Assembly: GCA_965235115.1 (NCBI GenBank)
Contig: OZ249453.1
Location: 13,888,001-13,952,000 of the forward strand
Length of the DNA: 64,000 nt
Source of the DNA: Laetmonice hystrix
Lineage: Eukaryota
Reading direction: 5' to 3'
The stretch's first letter is position 1. Each line of letters opens with the position of its first letter. Of this stretch, positions 1 to 12,287 are shown in pieces. The notes beneath the pieces are model-generated. The model did not search any database. It had not been told where the DNA came from and was given only the letters and a program-made list of their open reading frames with translations. The position numbers and the translations under genes were made by a program.

Positions 1-1190
1 GGCCTACAATCTATCCTCAGAGGTTGGGATGGCCTACAATCTATCCTCAGAGGTAGGGATGGCCTACAATCTATCCTCAGAGGGTGGGATGGCCTACAAT
101 CTATCCTCAGAGGTAGGGATGGCCTACAATCTATCCTCAGAGGTAGGGATAGCCTACAGTCTATCCGCAGAGGTAGGGATGGCCTACAATCTATCCTCAG
201 AGGTAGGGATAGCCTACAGTCTATCCTCAGAGGTAGGGATGGCCTACAATCTATCCTCAGAGGTAGGGATGGCCTACAATCTATCCCCAGAGGGTGGGAT
301 GGCCTACAATCTATCCTCAGGGGGTGGGATGGCCTACAATCTATCCTCAGAGGTAGGGATGGCCTACAATCTATCCTCAGAGGTAGGGATGGCCTACAAT
401 CTATCCTCAGAGGGTGGGATGGCCTACAATCTATCCTCAGAGGTAGGGATGGCCTACAGTCTATCCTCAGAGGGTGTGATGGCCTACAGTCTATCCTCAG
501 AGGGTGTGGGATGGCCTACAATCTATCCTCAGAGGTAGGGATGGCCTACAGTCTATCCTCAGAGGGTGTGATGGCCTACAGTCTATCCTCAGAGGGTGTG
601 GGATGGCCTACGATCTATCCTCAGAGGTAGGGATGGCCTACAGTCTATCCTCAGAGGTAGGGATGGCCTACAATCTATCCTCAGAGGGTGGGATGGCCTA
701 CAATCTATCCTCAGAGGTAGGGATGGCCTACAATCTATCCTCAGGGGGTGGGATGGCCTACAATCTATCCTCAGAGGTAGGGATGGCCTACAATCTATCC
801 TCAGAGGTAGGGATGGCCTACAATCTATCCTCAGAGGTAGGGATGGCCTACAATCTATCCTCAGAGGTAGGGATGGCCTACAATCTATCCTCAGAGGTAG
901 GGATGGCCTACAATCTATCCTCAGAGGTAGGGATGGCCTACAATCTATCCTCAGAGGTAGGGATGGCCTACAATCTATCCTCAGAGGTAGGGATGGCCTA
1001 CAATCTATCCTCAGAGGTAGGGATGGCCTACAATCTATCCTCAGAGGGTGGGATGGCCTACAGTCTATCCTCAGAGGTAGGGATGGCCTACAATCTATCC
1101 TCAGAGGTAGGGATGGCCTACAATCTATCCTCAGAGGGTGGGATGGCCTACAATCTATCCTCAGAGGTAGGGATAACCTACAATCTATCC
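1..1190. repeat. 30-bp minisatellite (GGCCTACAATCTATCCTCAGAGGTAGGGAT)n, ~40 copies, truncated by the window start
   Basis: Unit recurs at period 30 with few substitutions and two 2-bp slips near 508 and 600; the ORFs here (MAYNLSSEVG)n merely translate the unit. Confidence 0.97.
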
Positions 1191-1310
1191 TTGGACCTAC
1201 AAAGACAGCATAATGCACTTCCATTATTATTTGACACATTGCACTAACTAATCACAACCATAATAATTTTTGTGGTAAACATAGAGACTAGGGAGAGAAA
1301 GACTACACAT

Positions 1311-1348
1311 TTCCGGGGAGGACGTTTAGCCATACGTCCTCCCCGGAA
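1311..1348. other. Perfect hairpin, 15-bp stem and 8-nt loop
   Basis: TTCCGGGGAGGACGT (1311-1325) and ACGTCCTCCCCGGAA (1334-1348) are exact reverse complements. Confidence 0.85.
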
Positions 1349-1480
1349 CTTTCGCCGTTCAATCAGTCACTTTCGTAGTAATGCCGAGAAAGCTCACCTT
1401 TGATGATCAAACGCCCAGTTAAAGAACATTTTATTAGATGAGACGTTTTATGTCGCTAGATGAGCCACTCACAGAGGAGC

Positions 1481-1631
1481 CATAGAGGCGGATTTGGAGG
1501 GGGCGACCACCCGCCCCCTTATTTCTGCAGACTCCTTTTGAAAGACACCCTTTTTATCTTTTTACACGTGCATACACCAGGCGCTTGCATGGGGTGTGCC
1601 CCCCTTTCTAAAATTCCTAGATCCGCTCCTG
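1481..1631. mobile_element. Short MITE-like element (…GGCGGAT…ATCCGC… termini)
   Basis: Left AGAGGCGGATTT and right AAATTCCTAGATCCGCTCCTG resemble the termini of the 20713-22395 element (…AAAATCCTAGATCCGGCCCTG); TIRs imperfect, no clear TSD. Confidence 0.35.
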
Positions 1632-3230
1632 CATATGTTGATGTCTTGGAGTCAGAACGGTACATGATGCTAAATGTGACCACTCGGAGTTGATAGCGAC
1701 AGAAATCTCCGGGGGTTTTACCTTTGAATACAGAGAACTCCGCATGGTTCGACTTCATTCACAGGATCAAAGCTTTGACGCGAGTCCTCATCATTGCTTC
1801 CATAATTCTGATGCGTAGTTCATGTTTATTTTGTTACTAGCAGTGTTCGCCCATTAGTCTTAAGCCCCTTTCCCACATTCTTGAAGTTGATCCCAAACTG
1901 CGACGATCTTGAGATCGTAGGGTATCGTAGGGAGATGGTGAAAAAGTTCTGGAGAAATCGTAGCCGTCAAAGAAATTTTTTTAGCATGCTTGAAATTTTG
2001 AGATTTAGTCGCCGACTAAAATACGTCACAGACCATTTCGGGAATGTGGGAAAGGGTCCGGTGGGCAAGAGGAAGTGAAATTCAAGAATCGCTGAGTAAA
2101 TTAATTGCACGCTTTAGATGGCAGATGGTTGCCAAATGGTCTTTACTGCCTTCTCCGTATCCCTGTCTTTGGACAAATCACGAATACCCATTGAGTGACT
2201 CCAAACAGGGTAATGTTTATAAACTGAGCGCAAGTCTCTCGTTTACTCTCAGAATGTCAGAACTTTAAAGCGAGGGTCTCTTCAGCATTGTGCAATAGGC
2301 GGTCCACCCTAACGGTCGATGTGCTATTTATAGATGTCAGTTCCTATGCTACAGCATAGGATGGACGTAGTTGTCAAATAGGTCACTAGGTGGTTGCGAG
2401 CATGGTCTAACGGGCGAGACTGTTGCTTTAAATCCGGAGGCCTACTTGACGGTTCATTGATGTAGTTATCTGCGTCAGTAGTGACTCACAGAGGGGGGGT
2501 TAAGGGAGTGAATACCATGTCAACGATTGACGTTAAATTAGAAGCCCTCACACCTTCGGGATGTAGAAGTTGTTCGTTTTGTCTATGTCTTTCATCAATG
2601 TGTAAAATGGTGACTGATCGTGCATATAATATTACAAAATGGGTCGATTAGTGTAGAATGGACCGTAACAAGGCTCTCTCAGTCTCCCTGCGAGAATAAT
2701 GATATCGATGTTGTTCTTATGATGCAATCTTTCTGACGAGACAAATAAAACACGTCATTAGACTTCATCAGCGCGCTGCAGCAGTACACTAAAGGTCCAA
2801 TTATGACAGTTTTCAAAATGGTGCAAAATTCTTTGAAAGAGCGTACAAATTCCAAAGCCGAATGTCGACCATGTGATCATGGACAACATGACTGCAGTTA
2901 TATTCATGGAGGTCTCCTGGCAGACAGACGAGAAAAATGATCATTAACGTCGATCTTATTCTATGAATAACAGATAAGGTCTTTGTGGCGTTCCATGAAC
3001 AGCCGTACTGGCTAGGATTTGCCCGCTCGAGACTTCCCATCATACAACAGTCTGATATTAATCGACAAGCTTTTCCCATCGATAAAAAAAGATGAATTCC
3101 TAACGAGACAAGAAAATGGCATAATTATATGCGAACCTCATAGGGCCACAGCGTCCTGCATATTTCATGGTGAAACCTCCGCAGTGTTGTTAATGTTCTG
3201 TTGAAAGAACATTCGTACAAAAACAAAAAG

Positions 3231-3673
3231 AATCGGTTCACGCCAGACAGGGCTATCACGGAACCGGTTCACGTCAGACAGGGCTAGCACGGAACCGGTT
3301 CACGTCAGACAGGGCTAACACGGAACCGGTTCACGTCAGACATGGCCATCACGGAACCGGTTCACGTCAGACAGGGCTAACATGGAACCTGCTCACGTCA
3401 GACAGGGCTAACATGGAACCGGTTCACGTCAGACAGGGCTAACATGGAACCGGTTCACGTCAGACAGGGCTATCACGGAGCCTGTTCACGTCAGACAGGG
3501 CTATCATCGAACCGGTTCACGTCAGACAGGGCTATCACGGAACCTGTTCACGTCAGACAGGGCTAACACGGAACCGGTTCACGTCAGACAGGGCTATCAC
3601 GGAACCGGTTCACGTCAGACAGGGCTATCACGGAACCTGTTCACCTCAGACAGGTCTATCACGGAACCGGTTA
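3231..3673. repeat. 31-bp minisatellite (GGAACCGGTTCACGTCAGACAGGGCTATCAC)n, ~14 copies
   Basis: Period 31 read directly from the sequence. Confidence 0.95.
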
Positions 3674-3784
3674 CGTCCACGTTTTTCCTAAATGATCTTA
3701 CCTGCAGTCAGTTCTCGTTTAGATTTTAAGTCGCTGCGGAGCGCAAGAAAAAACTCAACGAGGCAAACGTAAAAAAGTGGTACA

Positions 3785-5150
3785 ACCTCATCACGGTCAG
3801 GTGATTGATGGAGGGTCTTACTGACCTCATCACGGTCAGGTGATTGATGGAGGGTCTTACTGACCTCATCACGGTCAGGTGATTGATGGAGGGTCTTACT
3901 GACCTCATCACGGTCAGGTGATTGATGGAGGGTCTTATTGACCTCATCACGGTCAGGTGATTGATGGAGGGTCTTACTGACCTCATCACGGTCAGGTGAT
4001 TGATGGAGGGTCTTACTGACCTCATCACGGTCAGGTGATTGATGGAGGGTCTTATTGACCTCATCACGGTCAGGTGATTGATGGAGGGTCTTACTGACCT
4101 CATCACGGTCAGGTGATTGATGGAGGGTCTTACTGACCTCATCACGGTCAGGTGATTGATGAAGGGTCTTACTGACCTCATCACGGTCAGGTGATTGATG
4201 GAGGGTCTTACTGACCTCATCACGGTCAGGTGATTGATGGAGGGTCTTACTGACCTCATCACGGTCAGGTGATTGATGGGGGGTCTTACTGACCTCATCA
4301 CGGTCAGGTGATTGATGGAGGGTCTTACTGACCTCATCACGGTCAGGTGATTGATGGAGGGTCTTACTGACCTCATCACGGTCAGGTGATTGATGGAGGG
4401 TCTTACTGACCTCATCACGGTCAGGTGATTGATGGAGGGTCTTACTGACCTCATCACGGTCAGGTGATTGATGGAGGGTCTTACTGACCTCATCACGGTC
4501 AGGTGATTGATGGAGGGTCTTACTGACCTCATCACGGCCAGGTGATTGATGGAGGGTCTTACTGACCTCATCACGGTCAGGTGATTGATGGAGGGTCTTA
4601 TTGACCTCATGGCGGTCAGGTGATTGATGGAGGGTCTTACTGACCTCATCACGGTCAGGTGATTGATGAAGGGTCTTACTGACCTCATCACGGTCAGGTG
4701 ATTGATGGAGGGTCTTACTGACCTCATCACGGTCAGGTGATTGATGGAGGGTCTTACTGACCTCATCACGGTCAGGTGATTGATGGGGGGTCTTACTGAC
4801 CTCATCACGGTCAGGTGATTGATGGAGGGTCTTACTGACCTCATCACGGTCAGGTGATTGATGGAGGGTCTTACTGACCTCATCACGGTCAGGTGATTGA
4901 TGGAGGGTCTTACTGACCTCATCACGGTCAGGTGATTGATGGAGGGTCTTACTGACCTCATCACGGTCAGGTGATTGATGGAGGGTCTTACTGACCTCAT
5001 CACGGTCAGGTGATTGATGGAGGGTCTTACTGACCTCATCACGGCCAGGGGATTGATGGAGGGTCTTACTGACCTCATCACGGTCAGGTGATTGATGGAG
5101 GGTCTTATTGACCTCATGGCGGTCAGGTGATTGATGGAGGGTCTTACTGA
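3785..5150. repeat. 39-bp minisatellite (GACCTCATCACGGTCAGGTGATTGATGGAGGGTCTTACT)n, ~35 copies
   Basis: Period 39, nearly homogeneous; gives the artefactual 463-aa (MRSVRPSINHLTV)n ORF. Confidence 0.97.
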
Positions 5151-6749
5151 AAGTGTATCTACTCTAACGCAAGGTGAGAAGAACTTCAGCTAACCCTAAA
5201 TTATATTACGAACCAAACGTGTCCGAGCTGCCAGCTACTTACCAGCCCGCGCATCAAGGGGAGGGAATAACTCTTGACGACGTCCTCGGCTTGTAATCAG
5301 GTGAGAAGGTGACTTACGAACGCCAACCTTTTCCCAAATCAAGAACAGCCAATCAGATGACCCTTGAGGTGACCTTGGAAGGGCCACTGGCCCGGATGGA
5401 GGGCATCGCGGCATGGGGTGCTGCCACCTGGAGGCCATATTCTTTATTACGTCGAGGGGTTGACAGCCAGATGAGGACACAGCCGGCTGGCTGTCAGACC
5501 TAACACCCATCCAATAACCGCTTACAAAGCTTATTTTACTGGCAGGAGGAATTCAACCAAACAGCTACTAAAGTATTCTCAAAGCTAACTTTTGTCTTAT
5601 TCTTAAACAAAATACAAACATAGCATACACTGTTCACCGTAATTTACACCTATTTAATCGAACCTGTCTGGAAATAGCAACCACTATAGCTATAATAATC
5701 TCAAGATATATGTTAGGATACCCATTACACCCAGCGACTTACACATCTATTTACTTTTTTAAATTTTGTATAGGGGTCACAGGATGAAATTTTCTTAATG
5801 GGTATACCTGAAGATGAAGACTTCTTTTGTTAAACCTAAGAGTTCGATGTATCTACCAACTTGATCTTCCAATAAAACTACCTACCTACCTACAGAACCC
5901 AATCCGTCTTCAAAAGTTACTTCTACCCGACAAAAGCACTTTTGTCGTAAAAATAGCATTTTGTCCCTTGAAGCAAAATTTAGTGTTTAAATTAAAAATA
6001 TTGTATTTCATCTTCAGAATCCACTTTTGTATGACAGAAATACATGTATGGACTGAGGAGTAGATTTAGTAATACAATACATATTTCATTTCAGCCTGTA
6101 TCATATGATATGCTCCGTACAATATCCGAAAATGACACTACCTGCCTTTATATAAAGGAAAATCTGTGCGGCTTATCACGACTTGATATAGAATAACACT
6201 GGCAAGTACTCTCTTCACCACGTACCTATTTCATAGCATGTGAACACGGTATCAACTGTCAGAATGTTCATAAAGAATCCGTTTCTATAAAAGATATCAT
6301 TATGTGAGTAATTTTGCACGCACGTAACGCTGATATTCCACTCATTTCTGGAACAATCCTCATATTTTCAAGTAAAATGTTTGTACCACTCGGTGTGAGT
6401 TACCTGCGGTGTTGAAATAATCACCTTAGCACCACTAGAGACGAGTAAAGCGACGCTTCCTCGGTTAATTTACATTCTAGAATTACGAGGAGTGCACAAT
6501 GCACCTCGGAAAGAGGAAGATGTACTATTTCATTTCAGAGTGTTCAGAATATTTGATTATCAAGCTGAGGTCACTAGCCTTAAACAGCCAGAAGAAGTTG
6601 TACAGTAGAGCGATCACTGAGGACCGAGGTTGAGAAGATTTAAGAAGGGTGCTGTGGCCATCTTTCCTGGCCTGCCGCCGGCAGAGCCCCCTGGGGACAG
6701 TTGAGGGTAACGATGATCGAGTGCAACCACCGGTGGCGCCGGGTCGCCC

Positions 6750-9700
6750 GGGGTGTCGGGGGGTGATGGTAGAGCCAACTGTCCGCCACACTGGAGGAGG
6801 TGTCGGGAGGTGATGGTAGAGCCAACTGTCCGCCACACTGGAGGAGGGCGGGGTGTCGGGAGGTGATGGTAGAGCCAACTGTCCGCCACACTGGAGGAGG
6901 GCGGGGTGTCGGGTGGTGATGGTAGAGCCAACTGTCCGCCACACTGGAGGAGGTGTCGGGAGATGATGGTAGAGCCAACTGTCCGCCACACTGGAGGAGG
7001 TGTCGGGTGGTGATGGTAGAGCCAACTGTCCGCCACACTGGAGGAGGTGTCGGGAGGTGATGGTAGAGCCAACTGTCCGCCACACTGGAGGAGGGCGGGG
7101 TGTCGGGAAGTGATGGTAGAGCCAACTGTCCGCCACACTGGAGGAGGTGTCGGGAGGTGATGGTAGAGCCAACTGTCCGCAACACTGGAGGAGGGCGGGG
7201 TATCGGGAGGTGATGGTAGAGCCAACTGTCCGCCACACTGGAGGAGGTGTCGGGAGGTGAGGGTAGAGCCAACTGTCCGCCACAGTCGGGAGGTGATGGT
7301 AGAGCCAACTGTCCGCCACACTGGAGGAGGTGTCGGGAGGTGATGGTAGAGCCAACTGTCCGCCACACTGGAGGAGGGCGGGGTGTCGGGAGGTGATGGT
7401 AGAGCCAACTGTCCGCCACACTGGAGGAGGTGTCGGGAGGTGATGGTAGAGCCAACTGTCCGCCACACTGGAGGAGGGCGGGGTGTCGGGAGGTGATGGT
7501 AGAGCCAACTGTCCGCCACACTGGAGGAGGTGTCGGGAGGTGATGGTAGAGCCAACTGTCCGCCACACTGGAGGCCGGTGGGGTGTCGGGAGGTGATGGT
7601 AGAGCCAACTGTCCGCCACACTGGAGGAGGTGTCGGGAGATGATGGTAGAGCCAACTGTCCGCCACACTGGAGGAGGTGTCGGGAGGTGATGGTAGAGCC
7701 AACTGTCCGCCACACTGGAGGAGGGCGGGGTGTCGGGAGGTGATGGTAGAGCCAACTGTCCGCCACACTGGAGGAGGGCGGGGTGTCGGGAGGTGATGGT
7801 AGAGCCAACTGTCCGCCACACTGGAGGAGGGCGGGGTGTCGGGTGGTGATGGTAGAGCCAACTGTCCGCCACACTGGAGGAGGGCGGGGTGTCGGGTGGT
7901 GATGGTAGAGCCAACTGTCCGCCACACTGGAGGAGGTGTCGGGAGGTGATGGTAGAGCCAACTGTCCGCCACACTGGAGGAGGTGTCGGGAGGTGATGGT
8001 AGAGCCAACTGTCCGCCACACTGGAGGAGGTGTCGGGAGGTGATGGTAGAGCCAACTGTCCGCCACACTGGAGGAGGGCGGGGTGTCGGGAGGTGATGGT
8101 AGAGCCAACTGTCCGCCACAGTGGAGGAGGGCGGGGTGTCGGGTGGTGATGGTAGAGCCAACTGTCCGCCACACTGGAGGAGGTGTCGGGAGGTGATGGT
8201 AGAGCCAACTGTCCGCCACACTGGAGGAGGGCGGGGTGTCGGGAGGTGATGGTAGAGCCAACTGTCCGCCACACTGGAGGAGGTGTCGGGAGGTGATGGT
8301 AGAGCCAACTGTCCGCCACACTGGAGGCCGGTGGGGTGTTGGGAGGTGATGGTAGAGCCAACTGTCCGCCACACTGGAGGAGGTGTCGGGAGATGATGGT
8401 AGAGCCAACTGTCCGCCACACTGGAGGAGGTGTCGGGAGGTGATGGTAGAGCCAACTGTCCGCCACACTGGAGGAGGGCGGGGTGTCGGGAGGTGATGGT
8501 AGAGCCAACTGTCCGCCACACTGGAGGAGGGCGGGGTGTCGGGAGGTGATGGTAGAGCCAACTGTCCGCCACACTGGAGGAGGTGTCGGGAGGTGATGGT
8601 AGAGCCAACTGTCCGCCACACTGGAGGAGGTGTCGGGAGGTGATGGTAGAGCCAACTGTCCGCCACACTGGAGGAGGGCGGGGTGTCGGGAGGTGATGGT
8701 AGAGCCAACTGTCCGCCACAGTGGAGGAGGGCGGGGTGTCGGGTGGTGATGGTAGAGCCAACTGTCCGCCACACTGGAGGAGGTGTCGGGAGGTGATGGT
8801 AGAGCCAACTGTCCGCCACACTGGAGGAGGGCGGGGTGTCGGGAGGTGATGGTAGAGCCAACTGTCCGCCACACTGGAGGAGGTGTCGGGAGGTGATGGT
8901 AGAGCCAACTGTCCGCCACACTGGAGGAGGTGTCGGGAGATGATGGTAGAGCCAACTGTCCGCCACACTGGAGGAGGGCGGGGTGTCGGGAGGTGATGGT
9001 AGAGCCAACTGTCCGCCACACTGGAGGAGGGCGGGGTGTCGGGAGGTGATGGTAGAGCCAACTGTCCGCCACACTGGAGGAGGGCGGGGTGTCGGGGGTG
9101 ATGGTAGAGCCAACTGTCCGCCACACTGGAGGAGGTGTCGGGAGGTGATGGTAGAGCCAACTGTCCGCCACACTGGAGGAGGGCGGGGTGTCGGGAGGTG
9201 ATGGTAGAGCCAACTGTCCGCCACACTGGAGGAGGGCGGGGTGTCGGGTGGTGATGGTAGAGCCAACTGTCCGCCACACTGGAGGAGGTGTCGGGAGGTG
9301 ATGGTAGAGCCAACTGTCCGCCACACTGGAGGAGGGCGGGGTGTCGGGAGGTGATGGTAGAGCCAACTGTCCGCCACACTGGAGGAGGTGTCGGGAGGTG
9401 ATGGTAGAGCCAACTGTCCGCCACACTGGAGGCCGGTGGGGTGTCGGGAGGTGATGGTAGAGCCAACTGTCCGCCACACTGGAGGAGGGCGGGGTGTCGG
9501 GAGGTGATGGTAGAGCCAACTGTCCGCCACACTGGAGGAGGTGTCGGGAGGTGATGGTAGAGCCAACTGTCCGCCACACTGGAGGAGGTGTCGGGAGGTG
9601 ATGGTAGAGCCAACTGTCCGCCACACTGGAGGAGGGCGGGGTGTCGGGAGGTGATGGTAGAGCCAACTGTCCGCCACACTGGAGGAGGTGTCGGGAGGTG

Positions 9701-10493
9701 ATGGTAGAGCCAACTGTCCGCCACACTGGAGGAGGTGTCGGGTGGTGATGGTAGAGCCAACTGTCCGCCACACTGGAGGAGGGCGGGGTATCGGGAGGTG
9801 ATGGTAGAGCCAACTGTCCGCCACACTGGAGGAGGTGTCGGGTGGTGATGGTAGAGCCAACTGTCCGCCACACTGGAGGAGGGCGGGGTGTCGGGAGGTG
9901 ATGGTAGAGCCAACTGTCCGCCACACTGGAGGAGGGCGGGGTGTCGGGTGGTGATGGTAGAGCCAACTGTCCGCCACACTGGAGGAGGGCAGGGTGTCGG
10001 GAGGTGATGGTAGAGCCAACTGTCCGCCACACTGGAGGAGGGCGGGGTGTCGGGTGGTGATGGTAGAGCCAACTGTCCGCCACACTGGAGGAGGTGTCGG
10101 GAGGTGATGGTAGAGCCAACTGTCCGCCACACTGGAGGAGGTGTCGGGAGGTGATGGTAGAGCCAACTGTCCGCCACACTGGAGGAGGGCGGGGTGTCGG
10201 GAGGTGATGGTAGAGCCAACTGTCCGCCACACTGGAGGAGGGCGGGGTGTCGGGAGGTGATGGTAGAGCCAACTGTCCGCCACACTGGAGGAGGTGTCGG
10301 GAGGTGATGGTAGAGCCAACTGTCCGCCACACTGGAGGAGGGCGGGGTGTCGGGAGGTGATGGTAGAGCCAACTGTCCGCCACACTGGAGGAGGGCGGGG
10401 TGTGGGGAGGTGATGGTAGAGCCAACTGTCCGCCACACTGGAGGAGGTGTCGGGAGGTGATGGTAGAGCCAACTGTCCGCCACACTGGAGGAG
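6750..10493. repeat. G-rich minisatellite with interspersed 47-bp and 53-bp units, ~75 copies
   Basis: Core GTCGGGAGGTGATGGTAGAGCCAACTGTCCGCCACACTGGAGGAGGT with or without a 6-bp GCGGGG insert; periods 47 (6765 to 6812) and 53 (6812 to 6865) measured. Confidence 0.97.
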
Positions 10494-10770
10494 GGAGGAT
10501 ACATGGCACGTGACTGGAGGGAATGGGAAGGAGAGTGTGATGACTGAAGGGTGGGAGTGATGAATATGTCACGTGATTATAAGAGTGAAGATGACGTTAC
10601 TGGAGTGAAGGACCATGGCGGCAAAAGGTCACGTGACTGGATCAAGCTCGATCTTGTTTATCTTCGGATTACTTTCATGTCTGACCACATTACCAATCTC
10701 AAACTAAAAAAAACATAGGCAATTGGACCGATGGACTACATTACACAACACATAGATGCACCTTTTCTTC

Positions 10771-11118
10771 TTCCGACTGGGCCCGTTCTGTGTTATGAAA
10801 TTGGTGATTCTGTTTCCGACTGGGCCCGTTCTGTGTTATGAAATTGGTGATTCTGTTTCCGACTGGGCCCGTTCTGTGTTATGAAATTGGTGTTTCTGTT
10901 TCCCACTGGGCCTGTTCTGTGTTATGAAATTGGTGATTCTGTTTCCGACTGGGCCCGTTCTGTGTTATGAAATTGGTGATTATGTTTCCGACTGGGCCCG
11001 TTCTGTGTTATGAAATTGGTGATTCTGTTTCCGACTAGGCCCGTTCTGTGTTATGAAATTGGTAATTCTGTTTCCGACTGGGCCCGTTCTGTGTTATGAA
11101 ATTGGTGATTCTGTTTCC
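10771..11118. repeat. 43-bp minisatellite (TTCCGACTGGGCCCGTTCTGTGTTATGAAATTGGTGATTCTGT)n, ~8 copies
   Basis: Period 43 read directly. Confidence 0.95.
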
Positions 11119-12287
11119 GGTTTTGTGACCCGGGTCTCACTTAATGTAGCATATGACCTTCACACAGTATAAGACGTCTCAAAGAAAGGATGCCACTGCT
11201 ACCATAGCAACGAGATGATGTATGGCAAGTTGCATGGTGTGTTTTCTGTTAGCCATCATTGTACTGTTCCACACTCACGGCGTACAGAGGTCAGATTTAC
11301 ATAAATGGCTTAAGCTCTCGGCTGGCAGGGAAGCCGCCCGGTTTATATGAGGTAGTTTAGTCTTATTGAATCGCTCTAACTCACCCCGTCCCATCAGCGA
11401 GCTCGGTCAAGGTCCCCGATCGCATGCCTGGAACCAATTGAGAAAAGGCATTCCTCTGGTGCATTTGTTCCCCATTAAAACTGCTTGACAATTCAATCTA
11501 GGATTATCAACAACCTAATCTGCTGAACTGCATGTTTCCCATACTCTGTCAATTTATAGATGTATAGCATGGATGAAAACGTTTGTTATGATTAGGGCTA
11601 GAATATTGAATAAAACCGTACAGCCCTTTTGATGTAAGGTTAATGTGGTTGTAATAGTGCAATATAACTGCTTTAATTTGAATGTTTGAGTAAAGAAAAT
11701 TTATTGTTCTTGATGTTTTATTCTAACTGATATAGCAAGGGTAGCTTGTTTAGACTGGTTTAAACAAGAATACACCAATGCACTCGGCTGTGGGATTCCT
11801 GATTTATACGTCCGCGCCCATCATGACTGACTTTTTAGGGAAGATTTCTATCTCCACTGTGTAAGGCAATCGGGCGTAAACCCAGTTCAGGTTCAGAATG
11901 TCCGGAAACATTCGGGACCGGCCGGTGTGGCTGTCCACTGCCGACCGTCCCCCAGTCCCCACCCTCGTCTCGGGACCGGCCGGTGTGGCTGTCCACTGCC
12001 GACCGTGCTCCAGTCCCCACCCTCGTCCCGGGACCGGCCGGTGTGGCTGTCGGCGGGGTGACCCACTACCGACCGTCCCCCAGTCCCCCCTCGTCTCGGA
12101 ACCGGCCGGTGTGGCTGTGGACGGGGTGACCCACTACCGACCGTCCCCCAGTCCCCACCCTCGTCCCGGGACCGACCGGTGTGGCTGTGAGCGGGGTGAT
12201 GATGGACCCACTGCTGACCGTCCCCCAGTCCCCGCCCTCGTCCCGGGACCGGCCGGTGTGGCTGTGGGCGGTGTGACCCACTGCCGG

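Noticed and set aside
29-5117. Repetitive ORFs (MAYNLSSEVG)n, (LRIDCRPSLP)n and (MRSVRPSINHLTV)n
   Set aside because: Direct translations of 30- and 39-bp minisatellites; the 30-bp array is broken by 2-bp slips; no splice or start context.
5950-6400. Possible Tx1/L1-like LINE 3' remnant on the minus strand
   Set aside because: Only vague motifs (EW.KHF, SVIFG) amid many stops; too degenerate to support without a profile search.
6525-10572. Three ~1300-aa ORFs on the minus strand
   Set aside because: All three frames are open only because the 47/53-bp unit lacks stop triplets on that strand; unit lengths are not multiples of three, so the same peptides cycle through frames. No domain, no credible start.
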